Below, in pieces: positions 56,804 through 64,000 of a stretch of 64,000 nucleotides of DNA (position 1 is the first letter of the stretch; each line of letters begins with the position of its first letter). The notes under the pieces were generated by a model, which had not been told where the DNA came from, ran no database searches, and worked only from the letters and a program-made list of their open reading frames with translations. The DNA is from Acidobacteriota bacterium (GTDB taxonomy: Bacteria; Acidobacteriota; UBA6911), in the NCBI GenBank assembly GCA_016933615.1, contig JAFGAO010000061.1, positions 2,082 to 66,081 on the forward strand, in the 5' to 3' direction. A program made the translations under genes and the position numbers.

Positions 56804-57142
56804 CTACAAGGAACTCAGCGATCCGATTCGCATAAATCGCCCGCAGGCCGGATCCGAAGTCCGAGATCCCGAGCTGCCCAAAGTGGTGGCGTGATGCTCG
56901 CCAGACAACCATGAAATTCCCATCAAGACAAATGAAAACCACGCCAGACGGTTGGCGCCTTTTCTGTCATCATGACCCAAGCGAAGATTGCGCCATGCAA
57001 AAAATGCAATGATGGCAATTGCCAGGCAGGCGACGACACTACGGGCGCCTATACGGTAAGCAACCTCAGATTTTGATGCCGATGAGCCGGTTGAATGAAT
57101 CGCAATGCCTTTACAGGCGGGACCAGTCAAGCGCCAAAACAC
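56804..57142 (-). CDS. Hypothetical membrane protein fragment (112 aa)
   Basis: It has two hydrophobic helices. The segment WRNLRLGHDDRKGANRLAWF resembles juxtamembrane regions I recall from larger sensor/kinase proteins, so it may be a gene fragment. This is weak. Confidence 0.25.
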   Translation of the reverse strand: MFWRLTGPACKGIAIHSTGSSASKSEVAYRIGARSVVACLAIAIIAFFAWRNLRLGHDDRKGANRLAWFSFVLMGISWLSGEHHATTLGSSGSRTSDPACGRFMRIGSLSSL

Positions 57143-57446
57143 AGCCTTGCCTTGCAGGGCAGCCGAGTCAATGCGAATCGGCGAATCGGGAAAATCCGGC
57201 GATTCGCCCGTTCAGGCTTCTCGCTCATTCGCGCAAGCCGGATAAGCCCAGTCCGGCGCCACTGCCCTAAATTCAGCCTGATTGACAGGAGTTTAAGGGA
57301 TGAGAAGCTAGTATGGTCGTAAACTCCTGATTCCGGATAAGTTATTTTTTGCGCGAGCCTTTAATGCCGGATCCGGCGGTTTAGGAATTTTAACCCGGGA
57401 CATCGGGCGCGATCTATAACAAACAAACCGGCGGATCCTGGGAAAA

Positions 57447-58835
57447 CTACTGCTGACGCTTCTTTGCTTCCTCCAGTTTGCGCGTGATCCTGTCGCGGAT
57501 CCAATGGCCGTCCGACCATTCGACCGGATTCACCGGGAGCCCCTGCAGCAGGGTGCAGAAGTGGAGGTGGTCCCCGCCGGCCAGCCCCGTGGTGCCGGTA
57601 TTTCCGATCACATCCCCTCGGGAAACCCGCCGGCCTTCCTCCACCGCGATGGACGACAGGTGTCCTGAAATGCTCATGAGACCGTAGCCGTGATCGATCA
57701 CAACGGTATTGCCGTAGATGCCCAGGTAACGGGCCCATACGACAATCCCGTCGTTTGGCGCGGGAATGGCGGCGTTGCGCACGGAGGCGAAATCGATACC
57801 CAGGTGGACCTGCCGGTCGACGGCCTTCCCTTGGTAAAAGTAGGTCCTGTTGTCCCCGAATGTGGCCGTCGCCTTGCTGTTGGGCAGCATCAGAAAGGGC
57901 CCGGACCAGAGAAACTCGGGCTTCGATTTCCGCGCCAGCTCCACAATCGTCTCCGCGTTACTCAGGCGCAGCTCCCGGTTGATCGCCAGGTAATTCTCCA
58001 GCAAGCCGCCCCGGTCTTCGAAGCCCGGAGTCTGAGACAGGATTTCAGGCACGACTTTGGAAAGAAAAGCATCGCCGATCGTCAGCGTATCCGATTTGAA
58101 TGACTTTGCATAAAACCTGTCGATGAAGGTTTCTTCGGATTCATTGCCGGCATCGTCGGCCGCGACCAGCCTCGCATCGGGCTCGCTCCTGTCGTATGGG
58201 ACCGAAAAGAGCGCGAATCTGTCCCCGGCTTCGCCTTCGGGCAAAGGGTATCCGGGAAACCACCGGGAACCCGCCCGGACCCCGTCCCGCACCGCCGTCT
58301 TGCCGACCCGGTAGGTGACGAGCTCGCTTCCTCCCCGGGAGACGTAGGTATGAATCGACGTGACTTGAATGGACGGCGCCGTGAGTCGGACCGGGAGGCT
58401 GATTTCGCCGCTGACGGGACCCGGGCGGCGGAGCCAGGTCGCGGCCCTGTCCGCAGTCGCCCGGATTACCGCGGTTCCCTCCGCCAGCCCCTGCACGTTC
58501 AGGGAGCCCGCAGTTGCCGTCAGAGTGTCAGTGGCGGTTTTGCGTCCCCAGGGAAAGAACTGCGGGCTTGCGGAGTAGGTTTTCTCCGCCAGAGTCACGG
58601 CGCGGCCTTCCTGTACGCATTCAATCCGGACGCGGGTCAAGCCGCGCCGGGCTTCGGACACCTTCACCTGGAAAGGAGTCTGCTTTCCTATGGCCGGCAT
58701 CCCGGGTTCGATTTCGATCGACGGCGCTTTCCCCGCGAAGAAAATACCCTGGGCCACCAACAGCAAAAGCAGCGGCCCCGCCAGAACCGCAGTCTTTTTC
58801 AGCCAACCTCCGAAACGTGTTTTTTCAACCTGCAT
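57447..58835 (-). CDS. M23-family (LytM-type) peptidoglycan metalloendopeptidase
   Basis: The C-terminal M23 motifs are HLGIDFA, NDG and GTTGLAGGDHLHF. I chose the ATG at 58835 (MQVEKTRFGGWLKKTAVLAGPLLLLLV signal anchor) instead of 59048. Confidence 0.85.
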   Translation of the reverse strand: MQVEKTRFGGWLKKTAVLAGPLLLLLVAQGIFFAGKAPSIEIEPGMPAIGKQTPFQVKVSEARRGLTRVRIECVQEGRAVTLAEKTYSASPQFFPWGRKTATDTLTATAGSLNVQGLAEGTAVIRATADRAATWLRRPGPVSGEISLPVRLTAPSIQVTSIHTYVSRGGSELVTYRVGKTAVRDGVRAGSRWFPGYPLPEGEAGDRFALFSVPYDRSEPDARLVAADDAGNESEETFIDRFYAKSFKSDTLTIGDAFLSKVVPEILSQTPGFEDRGGLLENYLAINRELRLSNAETIVELARKSKPEFLWSGPFLMLPNSKATATFGDNRTYFYQGKAVDRQVHLGIDFASVRNAAIPAPNDGIVVWARYLGIYGNTVVIDHGYGLMSISGHLSSIAVEEGRRVSRGDVIGNTGTTGLAGGDHLHFCTLLQGLPVNPVEWSDGHWIRDRITRKLEEAKKRQQ

Positions 58836-59322
58836 TCTCAATCTCCCGGCCGCCCGTGCTGTCGCCCGATGAATGCGAAAATCCGAAGCAATTGCGCCCG
58901 GAACCCCGTCGGGGATTCCGCCGCTTCGGCTGTTGGGACCGTCAAAACCGCAAACCCGGTTCGGGCTGCGCATAAACGGAACCCGCCCCCCCGCATCGAA
59001 GCGGCCAATACCCTGAATGAGCGCGGGGAATCCCGGGAAGTGTACCATTGCCGGCCGGCATATTCCCGGTATTTCGCTGCTGCAATGCCGTAAACCGGCC
59101 CGGCGGTCCCGCCCCGCGCCGGCAGCATCCGGCCCGGCGCGCGCGGTGCTTTCGTCTGCTGCGCGGGAATATTGCCGGCTGGATTCCCTCCGGCCCGGCG
59201 CGACGGGGTTTTCGGGAAAAGATACATTGCCGGCAGCCTGCGATTGCTCTGTTTCCCCACTCTATTGTACAATCGGGCCGTCGCAATTCCTCTGAATGCA
59301 TCAAGAGCATGGAGGCTTCACA

Positions 59323-59679
59323 ATGAAAAAACTTTGCATGGTTGTCTCGCTGATTGTCTGCCTTCTCGGCACCCTGAACTGCTCCTCGACACCGCCCGGA
59401 ACGCTTGCCATCGACGATGTGAACGCACGGGAAGGAGAACTGCTGGGGCAGAACGTCGTTGTCGTCGGCACGGCGGAAATCAAAACCAACATGTCGACAT
59501 TCAACATGTTCAAGGTTTACCAGGGCGGGGATTTTATCTGGGTGGCCTTCGACCCGGATGCCGTGACAATGCCGCCCCAGGGGCTGGATGTGCGGGTAAC
59601 CGGGACTTTGGGGAAGAAGAAATTCACGGCAATCGGGGAACAGCTGTATATTGACGCGGCATCCGTCGCCATGGAATGA
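59323..59679 (+). CDS. Small lipoprotein (118 aa), hypothetical
   Basis: The ATG at 59323 lies 7 nt after GGAGG. The signal peptide has a lipobox-like LLGTLNC. The mature part is beta-rich. Confidence 0.6.
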   Translation: MKKLCMVVSLIVCLLGTLNCSSTPPGTLAIDDVNAREGELLGQNVVVVGTAEIKTNMSTFNMFKVYQGGDFIWVAFDPDAVTMPPQGLDVRVTGTLGKKKFTAIGEQLYIDAASVAME

Positions 59680-59758
59680 CCCTGTCGCCGACGGCGGATC
59701 CCGGCAGAACGGTTGTGCGCCGCAAGCTACCCTTTCATGGGGAGCCCGCCCGCGAAAC

Positions 59759-60529
59759 TCAGGCAGACAGCAGCCCGGAATCCCGGGACAGGCACTCCGG
59801 GAGAAACCGCTCCAGGGAATGCCGCGCAACGGATGCATTCCGTTTCCACATTCGAAACGCTTTCACCGGATTTCCCTTTCCAATGAGCCGCGCCGCGCGC
59901 TTCGGAATGCGGGCGGCGGGGTCGTAGGAAAAAGGCTCCAGGAAGGAATCCTCCGCCTCATCGCTGACAACGCGGATACAGCGCAGGGGGATGCCCGCAG
60001 CTTCCGACACGCGGGCAAGCGCGGCTGTCTCCATATCCACGATGCAGGCCCGGAATTTCCGCAGCAGAATCCGTTTGTGCTCCGGATTCCCCCACACGTG
60101 CGACGTAGTCATCGTGTCGCCGTAGCGCACGGGAAACGCCAGCGACCGCGCGCTACGGACGAGAAAATCGCTCGGCGCCAATGCAAATTCCCCGTCCAGA
60201 TTCATACGTTCCACCGCCGGTTCCGCTTCATCGATGCTGCAGGAGAGCGCTTTTCTGACAACCACGAGCGCTCCCAGCTTCAACCGCGGATCCAGGGCGC
60301 CGGCATATCCCAGAATCAGGATGCTGGAGATGTCCAGAAACCCGAGCGCATGCTGCAGGCGGGATGCCGAACGCACGGGGCCGACCCCCGTTTTGAGGAA
60401 ATGGATTCTCTGGCCGTTAAGGGCCGCGTGCCACAGACCGGCACCCCCCCGCCGGGTCTTTTCCGGATCCCCGCAGAGGGAGAGGGCGACGTTCAATTCT
60501 TCCTGGAGCGCGGCGCAGATCAGCAACAT
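59759..60529 (-). CDS. Nucleoside phosphorylase-family protein (PNP_UDP_1; MTA/SAH-nucleosidase or HpnG-like)
   Basis: Motifs are MLLICAALQEE, LKTGVGPV, ILGYAGAL and IVDMETAALA, as in the MTAN/futalosine hydrolase/HpnG group. The exact subfamily is not resolvable by eye. Confidence 0.7.
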   Translation of the reverse strand: MLLICAALQEELNVALSLCGDPEKTRRGGAGLWHAALNGQRIHFLKTGVGPVRSASRLQHALGFLDISSILILGYAGALDPRLKLGALVVVRKALSCSIDEAEPAVERMNLDGEFALAPSDFLVRSARSLAFPVRYGDTMTTSHVWGNPEHKRILLRKFRACIVDMETAALARVSEAAGIPLRCIRVVSDEAEDSFLEPFSYDPAARIPKRAARLIGKGNPVKAFRMWKRNASVARHSLERFLPECLSRDSGLLSA

Positions 60530-60677
60530 AGGAACTCTAAGGATACGGGCATCATGGGGTACAGTAAAGAATCTTTCAAACGCGGATATTCTCGGATGTT
60601 GCAGCGAGACCTGCTATGATGGGAATCCGTATCAAGAAATCATGCAGCCGGGCAACAGACTCTAAAGGGGATTTCCT

Positions 60678-62138
60678 ATGGAATCAGCGGTGAAAAATCT
60701 GAAACCGGAACTTGTGTGGCAGTATTTTGCCCGCATATCCCGTATTCCGCGCTGTTCGAAAAATGAAGCGGCCATGACGCGTTTCGTCCTGGACACCGCG
60801 AATAAACTGGGCCTCGAGGCCCGGGCGGACAAGCTTGGAAACGTGGTGGTCCGAAAACCCGCCTCCCCCGGGCGCGATAAAATCCGGCCGGTCGCCCTCC
60901 AGGGGCATCTGGACATGGTTTGCGAAAAGAACAGCGGCAAGAGGCACGATTTCCGGAAGGATCCCATCCGGCTCGTCCGCAAAGGCGGCGTGCTCAAGGC
61001 GGACGGCACGACCCTGGGCGCCGACAACGGCATAGCCGTAGCGGCCAATCTGGCCGTCATGCAGGACCGCTCCCTGAAACACGGGCCGCTGGAACTTCTG
61101 TTTACAGTGGACGAGGAAACAGGCATGACCGGGGCCGCCGGCCTGAAACCGGACTTTCTGGAAAGCAGGACTCTCTTGAATCTGGATTCGGAGGAAGAGG
61201 GAACGCTCTATGTTGGCTGCGCCGGAGGCAGGGATACGAGCGGGTCATGGAAGCTTTCCTTCGAGAAACCTCCCGCCGGGTATTTGCATGCCCGGGTAAA
61301 AGTTTCAAATCTGAAGGGCGGCCATTCGGGACTGGAGATCGACAAGGGCAGGGGCAATGCCATCAAGATCGCGGGACGGGTTCTGCGGGCCCTGGAAGCC
61401 GCGGGCGCGCGCCTCGAGGGCATCGAAGGGGGAAACAAACGCAACGCTATTGCACGGGAGTGCGAAGCTTCGCTGTTTCTTCCCGCCGGTAGAATCCGAA
61501 AGGCCGAGGAGATCACGGCGGATCTTTACGCCGACGTCAAAAAAGAGCTGGGGGAAGCCGAACAGGACTTCAAAATGGATCTCGTCGTCGATTTCGGGGA
61601 CAGGGAGCGCGGGAAGGTTCTTAAAAAGGCTCTCCAGAGAAAAATACTGGGGGTGATTGCGGCGCTCCCCCACGGCGTCATAGGCATGAGCGGTTCCATC
61701 GAGGGGCTGGTCGAGACTTCAACCAACGTCGCCGTCGTCCGCACCGGCGAAGACTCCCTGTCCCTGGACACCAGCCAGCGAAGTTCCGTCGCTTCAAGAT
61801 TGAACGAGGTTGTTGACGCGGTTTCCGCGATTTTCAGTCTTGGGGGCGCTTCCATCCGGCATTCGGACGGGTACCCCGGATGGGAACCGGACATGGAATC
61901 GCCGATACTGAAAACGGCCCGGTCCGCCTATCGGTCGCTTTACGGAAAACCGGTGCGGGTCAAAGCCATCCACGCCGGGCTGGAATGCGGGCTTGTCGGC
62001 CGGCGCGTCCCCGGAATGGACATGCTTTCTTTCGGGCCGACCATCGAAGGAGCGCACTCCCCGGACGAAAGAATCCATATCGACAGCGTTGGAAAATTCT
62101 GGAAATTTCTCCTCGAAATCCTCGGGCGCATCCGTTGA
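60678..62138 (+). CDS. pepD: Aminoacyl-histidine (Xaa-His) dipeptidase, M20C
   Basis: Colinear with E. coli PepD (LWQYFARISRIPRCS, LQGHLDMV, GTTLGADNGI, HGPLELLFTVDEETGMTGA, IHAGLECG). Confidence 0.9.
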   Translation: MESAVKNLKPELVWQYFARISRIPRCSKNEAAMTRFVLDTANKLGLEARADKLGNVVVRKPASPGRDKIRPVALQGHLDMVCEKNSGKRHDFRKDPIRLVRKGGVLKADGTTLGADNGIAVAANLAVMQDRSLKHGPLELLFTVDEETGMTGAAGLKPDFLESRTLLNLDSEEEGTLYVGCAGGRDTSGSWKLSFEKPPAGYLHARVKVSNLKGGHSGLEIDKGRGNAIKIAGRVLRALEAAGARLEGIEGGNKRNAIARECEASLFLPAGRIRKAEEITADLYADVKKELGEAEQDFKMDLVVDFGDRERGKVLKKALQRKILGVIAALPHGVIGMSGSIEGLVETSTNVAVVRTGEDSLSLDTSQRSSVASRLNEVVDAVSAIFSLGGASIRHSDGYPGWEPDMESPILKTARSAYRSLYGKPVRVKAIHAGLECGLVGRRVPGMDMLSFGPTIEGAHSPDERIHIDSVGKFWKFLLEILGRIR

Positions 62139-62178
62139 TCTTCGAGGCGGGGTTTGCCCAAGCGAAGGGATCGGAATT

Positions 62179-64000
62179 ATGAAACGTCAAGTGATTCGGG
62201 CGCTCTTTACGCTCCATCTGGGCATCTGTCTGGCGTGCCCGGTCCAGGCCGCGGGCCACTACCGGAATTTCAGGGTTTCCGTTTACGCCCGCGTCTTTGA
62301 GGTGAACCGGATGGGAGATACCGAATGGCTGCAGTCCCGCTGGGATGAAATGTCCCGTCAGGTAAAAATCGATAAAATATACCTGGAAACGCATCGGGAC
62401 ATGGTTGTTGCCGACAGGGAAACCCTGGAAAAAGCGAAGCGTTTTTTTCAGGAGCGCAATGTCGAGGTCGCCGGGGGCATCACGATTACGGTCAGCGAAA
62501 GAAACCAGTTTCAAACATACTGTTATTCAAATCCGGAACACCGGAGAAAATTGAAGGAAGTCGTTGAGTACACGGCCGGTTTTTTCGACGAAGTTATTCT
62601 GGACGATTTTTTCTTCACCAACTGCAAGTGCGAATTGTGCATCCGGGCCAAGGGTGAAAAAAGCTGGACCCGGTTCCGGCTGGATCAGCTGGATCAGGCC
62701 GCCCGCGAACTGATCGTCGAACCGGCGAAAGCCGTGAACCCGGGGATCAAACTGGTCATCAAATACCCGAACTGGTATGAGCATTTTCAGGGGCTGGGTT
62801 TCGACCTGGAGAGAGGGCCCAAAATCTTCGATCGTATCTACACCGGGACCGAAACCCGCGACAGGTCCTGGGATCAGCACCTGCAGCAGTATCTGGGCTA
62901 TGCCATATTCCGGTACTTCGAGAACCTGAAGCCCGGGGGAAACGGCGGAGGTTGGGTGGACACCGCCGGCAGCGCGTATCTGGACCGCTACGCGGAACAG
63001 CTCTGGCTGACCCTGTTTGCGAAAGCCCCGGAAATCACGCTTTTTGATTTTTCCCAGCTTCAGCAGCGGCTTCGCCCCGAATCCAGGGCCGCCTGGCAGG
63101 GCCAGCAGACCAGCTTCGATTTCGATGCAATGATGAAGCCGGTGCCGCAGGCCGACGGAACGGCCGCGGAGCCGACAACAATCGCCCGGGCGGCGGGGTA
63201 CACCCTGGAGCAAACCGACGCGTTCCTGGGAGAATTGGGAAACCCTGTAGGGCTTAAAAGCTACAAGCCCTGCCATTCGACCGGCGAGGATTTTCTGCAT
63301 ACCTACCTCGGCATGATCGGCATCCCGATTGACCTCGTGCCGGAATTTCCGGGGGAAGCGCCCACGGTTCTCCTGACCGAATGCGCCGCCGGCGATCCGG
63401 GTATCGTGGATAAAATGAAAAGGCATCTGTCGGGCGGCAAATCGGTCGTCATCACTTCGGGGCTCTTGCGGGCCCTGCAGGGAAAGGGCATCGAAGACAT
63501 TGCCGAGATCCGCGCAACCGAACGCAAGGCGATTATCGGGGGCTTCCGGGGCCAGGGCCCCATCCCGGAAAATTTGAGAATATTAATCCCCCAAATCCAG
63601 TATCTTACGAACGACGTTTGGGAACGCGTGAGCGCCACGGCGCAAAACGACCTCGGGTATCCGCTGCTGCTCGAAGCGGATTACGCCGAGGGAACCCTTT
63701 TCGTGCTGACCGTCCCGGAAAACTTCAGCGATTTTTACAGCTACCCCGCTGCAACATTGACCCAGATAAGAAACAGGCTGCTTCGCGATTTCTTCGTGCG
63801 GGCGGAAAGCCCGGGCGACGTCAGCCTGTTCGTTTACGACAACGGTACTTTCATCGTGGAATCTTTCCTGCCCGAAAGCGTCGATGTCCAGCTGTCCCTG
63901 GATCCCCGTTACGGGAAGATCCGGGACCTGGTCAGCGGCCAGGAAATGACGGGGAAGTCCGCCGGAGCGGGCGGGGGCTTTTTCGGCTTCGGAATGAACT
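62179..64000 (+). CDS. Large secreted hypothetical protein, 5' partial (runs off the window end; more than 607 codons with no stop)
   Basis: It is absent from the ORF track because no stop codon lies within the window. The ATG at 62179 lies 8 nt after GAAGGGA. The signal peptide is MKRQVIRALFTLHLGICLACPVQAAG. I translated the whole frame by hand and it is uninterrupted. The opposite-strand ORFs at 62527-63426 and 63303-63638 are shadows. Confidence 0.7.
   Translation, partial: MKRQVIRALFTLHLGICLACPVQAAGHYRNFRVSVYARVFEVNRMGDTEWLQSRWDEMSRQVKIDKIYLETHRDMVVADRETLEKAKRFFQERNVEVAGGITITVSERNQFQTYCYSNPEHRRKLKEVVEYTAGFFDEVILDDFFFTNCKCELCIRAKGEKSWTRFRLDQLDQAARELIVEPAKAVNPGIKLVIKYPNWYEHFQGLGFDLERGPKIFDRIYTGTETRDRSWDQHLQQYLGYAIFRYFENLKPGGNGGGWVDTAGSAYLDRYAEQLWLTLFAKAPEITLFDFSQLQQRLRPESRAAWQGQQTSFDFDAMMKPVPQADGTAAEPTTIARAAGYTLEQTDAFLGELGNPVGLKSYKPCHSTGEDFLHTYLGMIGIPIDLVPEFPGEAPTVLLTECAAGDPGIVDKMKRHLSGGKSVVITSGLLRALQGKGIEDIAEIRATERKAIIGGFRGQGPIPENLRILIPQIQYLTNDVWERVSATAQNDLGYPLLLEADYAEGTLFVLTVPENFSDFYSYPAATLTQIRNRLLRDFFVRAESPGDVSLFVYDNGTFIVESFLPESVDVQLSLDPRYGKIRDLVSGQEMTGKSAGAGGGFFGFGMN

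Noticed and set aside
54973-57446. Prophage or integrative element carrying Fic
   Set aside because: I could find no integrase, recombinase, phage genes, tRNA target or flanking direct repeats. I report it only as an eroded accessory islet.
62527-63638. Minus-strand ORFs of 299 aa and 111 aa
   Set aside because: They are antisense to the uninterrupted plus-strand frame of more than 607 codons starting at 62179, which has an SD and a signal peptide.

Overview
This window is a bacterial chromosomal segment of about 60% G+C. I found no rRNA, tRNA, CRISPR array, transposase or integrase. It is densely packed, with about 57 protein genes on both strands and frequent ATGA start/stop overlaps.

Gene content suggests an anaerobe with sulfur and redox metabolism; this is inference from content only. 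The relevant genes are ATP sulfurylase (sat), desulfoferrodoxin, an iron-sulfur flavoprotein, a membrane HdrD/DsrK-like Fe-S oxidoreductase and Fe-S aldo/keto reductases. The rest is housekeeping:
- DNA repair and carbohydrate or central metabolism: nth, gldA-like, glgX, ilvD, gpmA.
- Cell wall and lipid synthesis: PBP1A, plsC, murG-mraY.
- Peptidases and tRNA modification: pepF, pepD, trmO.

The features most worth a second look are:
1. A complete two-gene type IIB DNA topoisomerase VI operon (top6B-top6A, 41057-43953). This is normally an archaeal/plant enzyme. It sits next to a strongly AT-shifted GT39-like glycosyltransferase whose N-terminus is disrupted.
2. A MurG carrying a roughly 300-aa C-terminal HEAT-repeat extension, translationally coupled to MraY and outside any dcw context.
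3. A TLC/NTT-type (ATP/ADP-translocase-like) transporter translationally coupled to a single-POTRA Omp85 protein, inside an envelope gene cluster.
4. A 29-codon membrane-peptide ORF ending in TGA, followed by a hairpin at SECIS-like spacing and 26 more open codons.
5. A 37-bp tandem array of palindromic REP-like elements, with diverged copies at a second locus.
6. A class-II Fic gene flanked by AT-rich, degenerate sequence. Its SD and start codon sit in an 11-bp hairpin, and one arm of that hairpin is repeated upstream.

Many long ORFs in the supplied track are antisense shadows of real genes in high-GC DNA, and I rejected them.
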